A model generated the notes under the pieces. The model was given only the letters and a program-made list of their open reading frames with translations, did no database searches and had not been told where the DNA came from. From positions 1-38,466 of the IMG/VR virus record IMGVR_UViG_3300020294_000011: a DNA stretch of 38,466 bases; one strand, given 5' to 3'. The translations under genes were made by a program, and so were the position numbers. The number at the start of each line of letters is the position of its first letter. Positions within the stretch are counted from its first letter, which is position 1. Positions 18,058-28,456 of this stretch are shown here, piece after piece. Origin of the DNA: a virus. Taxonomy: Duplodnaviria > Caudoviricetes.

Positions 18058-21000
18058 ATGTCATCATTTAAAGACACGACATGGGATGTAACTGATCCCA
18101 TAGATCAAACTTCATCTGGAAACATCGACCTCGGATACGCTTCTAATGTAGATAGAAGCACTATACTTAGAAATCCACAATTCTTAAAAGACTTGCAAGA
18201 CAGGTATGATCCTAATGGCATTTACTCAGACGATGATCTCATTGAAAAGTTTTATTCAGATGAAAACTGGGCTCAGTTAAATACTTTTGGAGCCGTATCA
18301 AGACTTGTAGACGGAGGCGGTGACACAGACGAAGATAAAGCAAGGAACGCTCGACTTACTAATGTCTGGGACAACCTCCCCCACTTTTATCAGGAAGGTG
18401 GTCGTGGCGTTGGTGCTTTAGGGGACATCGCTGAGTCTGTCTTGCTAGACCCAATCAACGTAATAGGTGGCCTTGCAGGTAAAGCTGCTGCTCGTGGATC
18501 TATGAGGGCAGCTACAGCATTAGGAAAGCCAACTCCAATCAAGTCCACACTCAAAGGCGTAGGAACTGCCGCCGCTACCGAAGGTGCGATATCTGGTGGT
18601 CAAGAAGCTCTCATAAACGTCAGTGAACAATCATACAGGCAAGACATTGGCCTTCAAGACGAGTTTAGCTGGGGGCAGTTTGCAACAGCAACTGGTTTCG
18701 GAACTGTCTTAGGCGGTGGCGTCGGTGGTGCAATCGGTATTCCTTCTTCTATTGCTGGAATGAGGCAAGGAGAGTTTGAAGCTCAAGAACTTCTAAACCC
18801 TAGAATGATGAATGACCCTGAAGACATTGCCCGTCTTACAAATAAGCAAGCAACAGAGGCAATGAAGGAAACTAAGACGATTGGCCCAATGGTTCCTGAA
18901 GGTTTTGTTGCAAAAGGCGCAGACGAAATAACTGAGGTCGCTGAAGAACCTGCACCAAAGACATCGACTGAAAAAATAATAGAAGAGCTTGAGGCAGGTA
19001 ATCAAGTCTTTCAAGATCAACTTGAACAAGCAAGGCTTGCACAAGAAGAATTTGAAGCACAGGGGATTAAAAAAGGAGATGCAACAAGGTCTGAAGTCGA
19101 AGCACAGGTAGCAGAAGCAGAAGTCAATATTGATATAGTTGACAGGCTGAAAGAAGAGCAAGCCCAAATAAAAGTATTTCTTAAAGATAATAGTATACCT
19201 AATCAGAAAAAAGGCAGAGCAATGCAAGCGTTGCTGGATGCTGATGTTGCTAAAGCAAGAGTGGCTTTAAAAAAAGGCGACAGAGTCACAATGAAAAGCA
19301 TAATCGACACCGCTAAAGCGAGGGTCGATGCAAATAAAGAGAAGGAAGTAGAACTCCAAGCAAAGGCTGAAACAGCCAAAGCAACAACAGAAAAAGGTAC
19401 AGCCTCCCCACCCAACGCCGAGGCTGGACAGGCGACGGGAGGTGAACCCACCATTTCCTCCCAAGAAGGCGAACCTCCCGTCACCATAGAAGTTGCTGAA
19501 ACTACATCTACCCCAGAGCAAGAACTGTCAGAAACACCAGAACCTAATTGGGGCAAGAAAGGAGGCGGTGCTGGAAAGGCAAGTGTAGATAATCAGCTTG
19601 CAGAAGCTGGCCTTACGCCAGAGCAGGCAACTGACTTTCTAAAAGAGAATATTGCCAATGGGAAAATACCAACCACCAACGCTGGCGTTATTAAAGCAGG
19701 CGCACCAAAAGCAGTTAGGGCGATACTAAAAGAAACTGCTCCAATCAAAACTCCAGAAGGGGCGATGCCAAAAGAAGAGATGCCATTTGGTCAAGTAGCT
19801 TCCAACTTGGCGTCTGCCAATCAGAGAATCACAGACCCTGACGAAATGCGTCAGGTGATGATTGACCAGATGAAGAGGAACGAGCCTTCTAAAAATCAAG
19901 CAGACATTGAAAAGGACTACGATGAATTAATTTCTGGGGGCGAAGCTCAAAAAGCAGCAGACGATGAGATTATAAGAAAGATACGTCTTAGCGATAAAGA
20001 AGAAGTTGAGATGCAACGTATTGTCAACGAACTAAGGCAAAAAGAATTTGACTGGCAGGCTAACCTTGGGCCAGAATCGTTTAAAAATTTCGCTGATGGA
20101 GAAGAGCTGCTCTTAAACGCTAAGAAGATGGTCTTAGCCAAGAGAGCAGGCCGAGGAGTTAAAAGCCCCAGAAATGTACAGGCAGCGATTGATCGAGCAT
20201 CCATCCTTACCACTGCTGGCAGAACAGAAAGCGGAAGAATACAGTCATTCCTAAAGTGGAGATCAGATCGAGTAGGCTTAGATAAATCAGAGCAAACTTT
20301 TGCAGACAATCGCATGTTGGATTACGGCTCTGCCCATGCTGAATCCATGAAAAGATTGAAGAGTAAGGGAGATAACGTAGAGCAACTTAGGAAGCAATTA
20401 GATAAAGTTAGAAATTTAGATAAAAAAAGAACCTTAGAAAACAAAATAGCCCAGATAGAAAGTGAAAGCGTTGCTGTTCCTTTTGTTAGTTTAAAGACAA
20501 CAAACAATGTTTATTCTATGTCCCCAGATGGTCGCCTTAATGCAAAGACTACATTTGAAAAAGGTTCAGTCTTATATGCTGATGCAAGAAACGGAAAGAT
20601 ATTCGACAGTGAGTACACTGCCGACCTTGTTTACCACCAGAAAGACATAAGAAGAACTGGCAAATCAAAAGTCCTTGACGATCAGCCCCTCCGAAAAGGC
20701 AACAGAATACTTATCATTAAAAAGAAAGACGGAACTGGCGCAGCCCCTATAAGAATTATGAACACCCAGCAAGAAGCTCGTGGAGAAGGCTTGAAGGAAA
20801 TGCTTGGGAACCAAAAGCCAGAAGATTGGGAAGTTCGCTACATTGACCAAGAGTTAGTGACTAGCAGAAAGCAAAGCATCCTCCCTGAATTGTGGGAAAA
20901 GGCGACCACTCCCCTCGATGCCACAGACGGAAAAGGCGTCTTGCGATTTGAGGGAGATGAAACAGGCAACGGCATGGCTACCCCTATTGAGAACCTAGCC

Positions 21001-24000
21001 GAATCTCCTGTAACAGAAGGCGAACTCAATCCTCAACAAGCACTGGCCTTTAAGCGTGGAGGAATGAATGAAACCTCCACACTGGCAGACGTTCAAGCTA
21101 GAATAGATGAGATCGAGCGAAAAGGTTTCTCATTAGCACAGACAGAGACTGACTACGCTATCCTAATAAGTGACCTCGAACAGCTTTACTCTATACAAAG
21201 GGACAAAATGCCTGGTGGCGTTGTAAGAAAGAACGCCGTGAGGGAAGAAGCCACTCAACGGATAGAGGGCATTATGTCCGACACAGACCCTGAACTAGTG
21301 GTCGCTGTTAAAAATATGCTTTCTTATATGGGAGGCGATCAAAACAAAGCTCCAAATATTTTTCGTGGCTCTAATGAAGGATCACGAGGAGGCGGTACTT
21401 GGTCATACGACAAAGGTAAAATTATAGCCGTTACTGGAGCAAAGCCAGACAGGGATTTCTTTCATTCTATATCTCAATGGGCTTACGACAACATCCTGAC
21501 ACCAGAAGACCGCATGGTTTTCTGGAACTCAATCGTCCAAGACATTTCTGTCAAGCGTGGTGCTGGGAAAACCAGAACTAAAAAACTAAGCGAAGAGTAT
21601 GGTGCAGAAGGAAGCATCTTGCCTCGCCAAGTTTTTGGGGATCAGTTTGCCAGTTGGATAATGGATAACCGAACTGCTGGCATTTTTGCGAAGGATCTTC
21701 CAAACGGCAAGAAGATGGGAGCAAAGGTTTCTGAAGTTTTAAAAGGCTCAATCGACAGGTACTTCTCCAAGAAAGAAATCAATCCAAACCTAGAACCTCT
21801 CTTCTCTAAAATACTTCCTGAAGAAATCAGGCAGATGAAGAAGCTGGGCAATATATCTGACAAGCCACAGACCAAAGGAGGTGAAGTAGCCAAAGGGTTT
21901 AAGGCCAAATTAACAATGGCAAAAGAAGATATGGTTGCTGCGATAAGAAAAAATAATTCTGCTGACCCACAAGACGTTGGGAACCCAGATAGTGTGCTTA
22001 TTGCAGCTACAAATTTTAGAGACTTACTTGGGCAAGCCTTTGCAGGCCGTGATATTGGGGGCAAGTCAACAGCCATAGCTAAGACACTAAAGTGGCTAAG
22101 ACCTTTAGATAAGATGGGGCGTGGGCGTTTCGCAGACTTGAACTACATTTTATCTGGAGCAGCACTCCCAGATGAATTGAAATTAACGGCAGAAGAAACG
22201 TCAACCTTGGTGCAAGAAGGTCTATCTGCTGGACGAAGACCAGAAAGTATTGAAGCTCAAGCACACTTAATTGAAGAATTGTTTGAACATGGTCATGCAG
22301 TCAATCTCAAAGGTGGTGCTAATGCACGACCATACGGAGGAACAAAGACAGAATTTACAACCCTTTCTGAACTCATTCGCTTAATGGATGAATATACAGA
22401 TACAGCCTATGTAGAATTTGAGGGCAAGCATTTATCAAACACATCAATCAACCTCAAAACTGGCGAAGTTATAGGAAAACCTGACCCAGCAATTAAGAGG
22501 AGATTAAACCTAAAGAAAAATGAGGATGCAAACGCTGCAAACGAAGCAGAAAAAGTTGTCAAGGTAACACAGAAAAAGAGAAAGTCTTATTACGATCCCT
22601 ATAAGAGAATGGACTACGTCACTGAAGCTACTCGCGTCAGTTATGGAAGCAAGTCTTACAAAGAGCTTTTAGAACTATTCAAGAAAACCAAAGACACACC
22701 ATTGGGCGATCAGATTGCTTGGCTAATGATGTCAAAGAAGAAGGCAGAGCCAGAGCCTCTAAAGACTAAATTGTCTGACTTTGGAAAATCTACCGAAAGC
22801 TCAAAACTTTTTAATTTACAAAAGCCTGAGATTTTAAAGCTCTGGAAAGACGGGATAAGAACAGGAAGATTTGTGCATGGTGGAAAAGAGTATCCCTTTT
22901 CTGCTATTGAGTGGGAAGTTCAAAGGCGTGGTCTTGTTGATAGATATAAAGCAGGCGACAAGAAGCCACCAGTTTACCTAAGACAAAGAATAAAAACAGA
23001 ACTCAATCATGGCGTAGGTGTGGCAACAGAGGACGGTATTCCTCCATCAGCCCCAATCGGTGCTAAGACTATCCTGTCTTACATGAGCCATCGTGACCCT
23101 GAAGTACAGTTCACTCAACGAACTATGCTTTACAGGATGATGAACTTGATGGGGAAGAATGTTCAGAACACCCTCGGTGAAACGAATGTCATGGACGCAT
23201 CAGACATAGCACGTCTTGCTGGAGATGACCCTGCTGGGCATAAGAATGTATCTGTAGATTTTCGTGGAGAGACTTTTAATAAACTCCGAAAGAACTTTAG
23301 AAGGATGTCTATTGGTTTAACAAAAGGAAACTCCAATCCCTTCGATGCAATCCACGAGATTGGTCACACAATCGTCAGGGCTGGCATGCTCCCGAAAGAA
23401 GAAATGGATGCCGTCATTGAGCTATATAAAGCGTCTGATGATGCAATTAAAGCCAGAGTACAGAAAGATTATGCTAATAAATATGACGCCCCAGAAGCAC
23501 AGCAAGAGCAACTGCTTGCCGAGGAGTGGTTTGCTGAAAACCTAGCTAACTACCTTGGGGAAAGAACCATGCGTGGTGACGTTTTAAAGGCTATGTCTGG
23601 TGGAAACTTAGACAACTTACGTCTTAAAAATTCTTTTGAAAGAGCCTTCGATAGGATCGTTGAGCTTGTGTCTTATGTTGTCAATGGATTGATCGGACGT
23701 AAAGATATTAAGCAACAGTTCAGACGATTAACAATCTACGGAGATATGCTTGAAGAAACTGGTAAATCTCCTCTTGTGAGAACAAGCGTTAAAGAGCCTG
23801 CTATATCACCAGCATACGTTAATGCGTATGCTAGTGATGTTCTAAGACAGAGCAAACCCAGTAAGAAAGCTGCTGTCCATAAATATAACGGAGGAGGTAA
23901 GTTTTCTGTTAGAGAAGACGGAACACCTATCGTTTACTACCACGCCACGCCAAATGGCGGAGCCTTTAAAAATAGTCAAGTTGTGATGGAACAAGGTGGT

Positions 24001-27000
24001 GGTCTTGCTGGCCCTGGAATTTACATATCACCAAACTCCCGTGCTGTAGAAATGATCTATGGTAATCGTCCGACGATGGGAGCGATTGAAAGACTGATTA
24101 GGGATAAAGCCCCCGATCTTGGGGAGGAAAAGGCAGAGTCTCTTGTCTATGAAGCTATGGATTTGCACGATCTTCGGGTAGAGATTTCACTGGCAAGACG
24201 AAAACTGGCAGAAGCAGCAGACGATGTTGAGATGCACAATGATGAGGTTATGCACTTTCAAAATGCTATGGGTGGTGAGCTTGATGAAGCTAGTATCTCT
24301 TCCCTCAACAGAGAGCTAAAGACGAAGCAAGAGCATGAATCAGATTTAAGAAACACACTGACTGCTATGCTTGAAAAAGAAGATGCAGTGATGGCTGAGT
24401 TTGACCAACAGGGGGTTAACTTTGAGCCAACTGTCTTGCCACTCGTAACTCGAATGTTAAATACTTTTGACTTGGGTAAAGGGGTAACTCACAAGCTCAA
24501 TGACCCACAAATTCAGTCGATTCTTAGATCAGTCTATAAAATCACAAATAATTTTGAAGGGGGTGACAAAGCATTTGCTGATGAGGTGATGCTAGATTGG
24601 TGGCCTGAGACTGGACTCAGAGGAATAGAAGTTTATGAAAAACTTTATAGCTACGTAAATAATGGAATGGATGGATTTGGTGCAGAAGCCGTTGACAATG
24701 CCCAAGCAATTCTAAATCAAGCTATTGAAGATGCTGGCTTTGACAGTATGAAAGTCCCTCATCAAAATAGAATGACACCAACAGACACAACACCAGAAGA
24801 CGCCATACGTGGTGAGCTTATGGAATATGATGCTTTTGTCGTCTTCAATCCAGAAGGTGTGAAGCACGTTAATGCTGAGTTCTTTGATGCTGAAGACGCC
24901 CGTCTGTATTACAGGGACTTCGGGAAAACTGGGCAAGGGTTCAATGGGTCTGTTGTGAAAGCAATGGCAGACGGCGAAACAAGCAAGCTCGACACGTCCA
25001 ATACAATTCAAATGCTCGAAGCCATAGAGGACGAAGGCGTGTCTGCACCAATGGTGGATGCCATGTCTAGTATTCTTAGGAGCAGAGACTTTACCCCTAT
25101 TCAAGAGCAGGCAGTCAGAAAGCAAGGGCCAATGGCTTGGCTTACAAGTCAATCAGACAGGATGGAACGAATGGGTATGAACTGGCTTGGTAGCTGGTAC
25201 AAGGATCACTTCCCCAATCAGCACCAGACATTTGCTTCTAAGTACATGCCCATCCATAATTTATTAAGGGGCTTACCAGGCGCACACGGAAAGGTCAGAG
25301 CTTGGGCGAGAAGTGCTTCAGCCAGTATTGGACAGAAGCAACCACAAGCCTACAGTAATATTGTTTCAGCCCTAAGACACGGTGACGGAAGCCGTCAATG
25401 GAATAGATTGACCCCATCCGAGAAGTCAGTGGCTGAAAAAATTAAAGACGAGTTTAATAAAGAACGCCAACGAATGTTAGAAGCTGGCATGTTCGTTGGG
25501 TACAGACGCAATTATGTCCCCCAAATATGGAACAAGGACAGGATACAGAAAAACAGAGAAGGCTTCCTTGCTGGCATGAGAAGCTACTATGGGCAAGAGC
25601 AGACATCTTTAGGTAATACATTCCAATCAGCAGACGCTGACGCCTTTGCAGAGAAGGTCTACCAAAGTTTGACACGAGAAAGCGTTGACGGGGTTCAGGT
25701 TCCTGAAAGCCCTAAGTCTCCTATCAAGGGTAGTACAAAAAATCCACGAGCTGAAAGCCTAGACTTTAATAGGGTCATTGAGTTGGAAAAATATCCAGCA
25801 GCGATGAAAGAAATGGAGAAGTTTCTCGAAGACGATTTAGAATTTATGCTGGTTAAATACTTTGAGGGATCAACAAGACGTACTCTTCACGCAGAAAAGT
25901 TTGGCCTCAATTCTCACGGGGTAGATGACTACCTTTACGTGACCGAGAACGGATCAAGAGGCATAGCCAAACTCCTTTCTACTAATAAAGTATATCAAAA
26001 AGATTTTAGGTCAGTAACATCTGATGGAGTTGAGGAAGGTGTCTTGAGATCAGAGACAGTCATGCCTTTCCATAATGATGAAGCTGGTGCGGTAAGGTTT
26101 GCAGACGAACTTGTTGAGATCGCTCAAACACACGGAAGCCCTGCTGTCAGACAAAAATTGGAATCAATCTCTGTTGGGGATATCAACCCCACCTATCGTG
26201 CAAGGATCGAAGCTATCGTCGGAGCCTTGGAGGATCATAAAGGTATCCGAACTAGAATGGAGACTGATGATGCAAGATTTATTGAAAACTCTATGCGAGT
26301 GGCTCGAAAGGATAGCCTCAATGACTTTGGAGGTAAGGCTGGCCTAAGAGCATCAAGAGCATTAAGAACATTTAACAACGTAACCCTCCTCGGTTTTACA
26401 ACCCTGACTTCCCTCGGTGACTTAGTCCTCCCAATCATAAGGTCTGGATCTTTCACTGACTGGACAAAGTCTGTCTATCAACTGGCAACAGATCCTGACT
26501 ACAGACGAGCCTTAAAGGAAGTTGGGATTGCAATGGAGAACATCACGCATGAGCGTATGCTCAACATGTATGGTGCAGCCGATAGTAAATTATCAAACGC
26601 TTTCTTCAACGCTACTATGCTAACGCCTTGGACAGACATGAACAGACAGGTGGCTGGGGCATTAGGGCATCAGACATTTATAACCCACCAAAGGAAAGCA
26701 TTGAGGTCATACATCCCTGGCAAGCCAGTGAGTGAACAGCCACGAGACTATAAAATTGCTTACAGATATATGAAAAACTTTGGCCTTCAGGAATATCTCG
26801 AAGGGGGAACTAAGTCTAAAATTTCTTTGAGTGATACGAGCTTAATGTCGAAAGACGAAAATTTAAGAAAAGCCATGATTAGGTTTGCAGATGAGAGTAT
26901 CTTTCAGCCTAATGCTAACGACACTCCAATGTTCGCACAGACGCCCCTCGGTGCTTTGGCTTTCCAGTTAAAGTCATTCCCTCTAATGATGACACGTCTA

Positions 27001-27618
27001 GCAGGCCATGTAATTAGAGAAGCTAATCTTTCAAAGCTTCTTAAAGGAGACGCAAGCGAATCTAATATCAAGCCCCTTCTTTACTTCGCCTCACTTGGCC
27101 CAGCTTTTGGTATGGGTGCATTAGCGGCGAAAGATATTGTCCAGATGAGAGGTGGCGAAGACGAACAATCGCCAGCACTAAGAATTAGAAACGCTATGAA
27201 AACTTTAGGATACGACGAAAAGATTCATGGGAATGAGGTAGATTTCTGGGGCTGGTACATGGAAGGTATGCTTCAGATGGGTGGCGTTGGTCTTCTTGGC
27301 GACATCTTGCACTCAGCCGTTACGCAGGCAGACAACGGATCATACGGACAGACACGCTTTCTACAGACACTCGGAGGCCCAAGTGTTGGTCTTGTTACAG
27401 GTGGATTGAGTGTCCTTGGCGGTACGCAAGATGCGATCTTCGGAACGACAGACAGCAACTCCAAAGAAAGAACGGCACTGAGAGAAGTGGCTACCCGTAT
27501 CCCAGTTGTTGGTGGGATCAAGAGAGCCAGAGAAGGAATAGTAAACATGATTGGCGGTGAGGCCAGCGGTGGTGGTTCTTCTGGATGGGGTAAAGGATGG
27601 GAAGGTAGTTGGAATTAA
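18058..27618 (+). CDS. Giant internal virion polyvalent protein (zincin-like MPTase, ART-like domain, C-terminal ejection-protein region)
   Basis: 3186 aa. HEIGH...EEWFAE at about 23353-23538. YYHATP...AGPGIYIS...GFDS...EYDAFVVFNP..VK at about 23935-24870. Gly-rich hydrophobic segments near both ends. Confidence 0.75.
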   Translation: MSSFKDTTWDVTDPIDQTSSGNIDLGYASNVDRSTILRNPQFLKDLQDRYDPNGIYSDDDLIEKFYSDENWAQLNTFGAVSRLVDGGGDTDEDKARNARLTNVWDNLPHFYQEGGRGVGALGDIAESVLLDPINVIGGLAGKAAARGSMRAATALGKPTPIKSTLKGVGTAAATEGAISGGQEALINVSEQSYRQDIGLQDEFSWGQFATATGFGTVLGGGVGGAIGIPSSIAGMRQGEFEAQELLNPRMMNDPEDIARLTNKQATEAMKETKTIGPMVPEGFVAKGADEITEVAEEPAPKTSTEKIIEELEAGNQVFQDQLEQARLAQEEFEAQGIKKGDATRSEVEAQVAEAEVNIDIVDRLKEEQAQIKVFLKDNSIPNQKKGRAMQALLDADVAKARVALKKGDRVTMKSIIDTAKARVDANKEKEVELQAKAETAKATTEKGTASPPNAEAGQATGGEPTISSQEGEPPVTIEVAETTSTPEQELSETPEPNWGKKGGGAGKASVDNQLAEAGLTPEQATDFLKENIANGKIPTTNAGVIKAGAPKAVRAILKETAPIKTPEGAMPKEEMPFGQVASNLASANQRITDPDEMRQVMIDQMKRNEPSKNQADIEKDYDELISGGEAQKAADDEIIRKIRLSDKEEVEMQRIVNELRQKEFDWQANLGPESFKNFADGEELLLNAKKMVLAKRAGRGVKSPRNVQAAIDRASILTTAGRTESGRIQSFLKWRSDRVGLDKSEQTFADNRMLDYGSAHAESMKRLKSKGDNVEQLRKQLDKVRNLDKKRTLENKIAQIESESVAVPFVSLKTTNNVYSMSPDGRLNAKTTFEKGSVLYADARNGKIFDSEYTADLVYHQKDIRRTGKSKVLDDQPLRKGNRILIIKKKDGTGAAPIRIMNTQQEARGEGLKEMLGNQKPEDWEVRYIDQELVTSRKQSILPELWEKATTPLDATDGKGVLRFEGDETGNGMATPIENLAESPVTEGELNPQQALAFKRGGMNETSTLADVQARIDEIERKGFSLAQTETDYAILISDLEQLYSIQRDKMPGGVVRKNAVREEATQRIEGIMSDTDPELVVAVKNMLSYMGGDQNKAPNIFRGSNEGSRGGGTWSYDKGKIIAVTGAKPDRDFFHSISQWAYDNILTPEDRMVFWNSIVQDISVKRGAGKTRTKKLSEEYGAEGSILPRQVFGDQFASWIMDNRTAGIFAKDLPNGKKMGAKVSEVLKGSIDRYFSKKEINPNLEPLFSKILPEEIRQMKKLGNISDKPQTKGGEVAKGFKAKLTMAKEDMVAAIRKNNSADPQDVGNPDSVLIAATNFRDLLGQAFAGRDIGGKSTAIAKTLKWLRPLDKMGRGRFADLNYILSGAALPDELKLTAEETSTLVQEGLSAGRRPESIEAQAHLIEELFEHGHAVNLKGGANARPYGGTKTEFTTLSELIRLMDEYTDTAYVEFEGKHLSNTSINLKTGEVIGKPDPAIKRRLNLKKNEDANAANEAEKVVKVTQKKRKSYYDPYKRMDYVTEATRVSYGSKSYKELLELFKKTKDTPLGDQIAWLMMSKKKAEPEPLKTKLSDFGKSTESSKLFNLQKPEILKLWKDGIRTGRFVHGGKEYPFSAIEWEVQRRGLVDRYKAGDKKPPVYLRQRIKTELNHGVGVATEDGIPPSAPIGAKTILSYMSHRDPEVQFTQRTMLYRMMNLMGKNVQNTLGETNVMDASDIARLAGDDPAGHKNVSVDFRGETFNKLRKNFRRMSIGLTKGNSNPFDAIHEIGHTIVRAGMLPKEEMDAVIELYKASDDAIKARVQKDYANKYDAPEAQQEQLLAEEWFAENLANYLGERTMRGDVLKAMSGGNLDNLRLKNSFERAFDRIVELVSYVVNGLIGRKDIKQQFRRLTIYGDMLEETGKSPLVRTSVKEPAISPAYVNAYASDVLRQSKPSKKAAVHKYNGGGKFSVREDGTPIVYYHATPNGGAFKNSQVVMEQGGGLAGPGIYISPNSRAVEMIYGNRPTMGAIERLIRDKAPDLGEEKAESLVYEAMDLHDLRVEISLARRKLAEAADDVEMHNDEVMHFQNAMGGELDEASISSLNRELKTKQEHESDLRNTLTAMLEKEDAVMAEFDQQGVNFEPTVLPLVTRMLNTFDLGKGVTHKLNDPQIQSILRSVYKITNNFEGGDKAFADEVMLDWWPETGLRGIEVYEKLYSYVNNGMDGFGAEAVDNAQAILNQAIEDAGFDSMKVPHQNRMTPTDTTPEDAIRGELMEYDAFVVFNPEGVKHVNAEFFDAEDARLYYRDFGKTGQGFNGSVVKAMADGETSKLDTSNTIQMLEAIEDEGVSAPMVDAMSSILRSRDFTPIQEQAVRKQGPMAWLTSQSDRMERMGMNWLGSWYKDHFPNQHQTFASKYMPIHNLLRGLPGAHGKVRAWARSASASIGQKQPQAYSNIVSALRHGDGSRQWNRLTPSEKSVAEKIKDEFNKERQRMLEAGMFVGYRRNYVPQIWNKDRIQKNREGFLAGMRSYYGQEQTSLGNTFQSADADAFAEKVYQSLTRESVDGVQVPESPKSPIKGSTKNPRAESLDFNRVIELEKYPAAMKEMEKFLEDDLEFMLVKYFEGSTRRTLHAEKFGLNSHGVDDYLYVTENGSRGIAKLLSTNKVYQKDFRSVTSDGVEEGVLRSETVMPFHNDEAGAVRFADELVEIAQTHGSPAVRQKLESISVGDINPTYRARIEAIVGALEDHKGIRTRMETDDARFIENSMRVARKDSLNDFGGKAGLRASRALRTFNNVTLLGFTTLTSLGDLVLPIIRSGSFTDWTKSVYQLATDPDYRRALKEVGIAMENITHERMLNMYGAADSKLSNAFFNATMLTPWTDMNRQVAGALGHQTFITHQRKALRSYIPGKPVSEQPRDYKIAYRYMKNFGLQEYLEGGTKSKISLSDTSLMSKDENLRKAMIRFADESIFQPNANDTPMFAQTPLGALAFQLKSFPLMMTRLAGHVIREANLSKLLKGDASESNIKPLLYFASLGPAFGMGALAAKDIVQMRGGEDEQSPALRIRNAMKTLGYDEKIHGNEVDFWGWYMEGMLQMGGVGLLGDILHSAVTQADNGSYGQTRFLQTLGGPSVGLVTGGLSVLGGTQDAIFGTTDSNSKERTALREVATRIPVVGGIKRAREGIVNMIGGEASGGGSSGWGKGWEGSWN

Positions 27619-27968
27619 TGGACAAGAAACTTGATCCCAACTCTCGCTTTCACAAAGCGGATACCAACGGCGACCATGTGCTAACAGATGCCGAGCTTGA
27701 CGCTGAACTGGCAAGAGAAGAGAAGCGTATTCAAATCGAAAATATGGACAAAAAATCTGATTCTATTCGGATTTTAATATATTTCCAATCTATATCTACT
27801 GTGGTGTTTGTTGCGATACTAACATTCCCTGAGTTTGTTCCAGAGTCCAGACTCGATCATCTCGTGTCTGTCAGTACGACTTTCATCATAGCGCAGTTAG
27901 GCATAATCGGCTCTTACATCGCTGGGACAACCATTGAAAAAGTGAAAGAAAACAAGGAGGGAAAATGA
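27618..27968 (+). CDS. EF-hand-containing membrane protein (holin/antiholin candidate)
   Basis: ATG at 27618 overlaps the upstream TAA. DTNGDHVLTDAE is a 12-residue EF-hand loop, followed by two TM segments. Confidence 0.6.
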   Translation: MDKKLDPNSRFHKADTNGDHVLTDAELDAELAREEKRIQIENMDKKSDSIRILIYFQSISTVVFVAILTFPEFVPESRLDHLVSVSTTFIIAQLGIIGSYIAGTTIEKVKENKEGK

Positions 27969-28363
27969 GTTTATTAGCAAACCTTATACAACCTGTCTCT
28001 ACGATCTTAGACAAAGTTATCCCTGATGTTGATTTAAAAAGAAGGCTGTCCCAAGAAATAGCAACGATGGCAACCAAGCATGCGAATGAAGTTGCCCTCC
28101 AGCAAATAGAGTTAAATAAGATCGAGGCGTCTGGCAACTGGCTGCAAAGATCTTGGCGCCCCTTAATTGGAATGACATGTGCGGTTGCTTTTATGTGGCA
28201 CTTTGTACTCCAACCGTTCCTTGTCTTCGCACTGTCTGCGTCTGGCTACCCTATACCTGATCTCCCGACTTTCGATATGAGTTCGCTGCTCACTGTCTTG
28301 GGTGGGCTTCTCGGTCTGGGCGGGCTCAGAACTTTTGAGAAGGTAAAGAAGCTAACTAAATGA
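27965..28363 (+). CDS. Holin of 3 TMs (GTA_holin_3TM family)
   Basis: ILDK.IPD, E..GNWL..SWRPLIG, LLGLGGLRTFEK. Confidence 0.85.
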   Translation: MSLLANLIQPVSTILDKVIPDVDLKRRLSQEIATMATKHANEVALQQIELNKIEASGNWLQRSWRPLIGMTCAVAFMWHFVLQPFLVFALSASGYPIPDLPTFDMSSLLTVLGGLLGLGGLRTFEKVKKLTK

Positions 28364-28455
28364 GGGATGGGTACGTCTTACTGGCGGTTCTATTCCTTGG
28401 GCTGATGAGTTTCATTGGCCTGATCGAGGAGTTTATAACTAACAGGGGAAAATAA
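28360..28455 (+). CDS. 31-aa single-TM peptide MRDGYVLLAVLFLGLMSFIGLIEEFITNRGK (not in ORF track)
   Basis: ATGA overlap with the holin stop. Ends 1 nt before the endolysin ATG. Hydrophobic. Confidence 0.5.
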   Translation: MRDGYVLLAVLFLGLMSFIGLIEEFITNRGK

Positions 28456-28456
28456 A

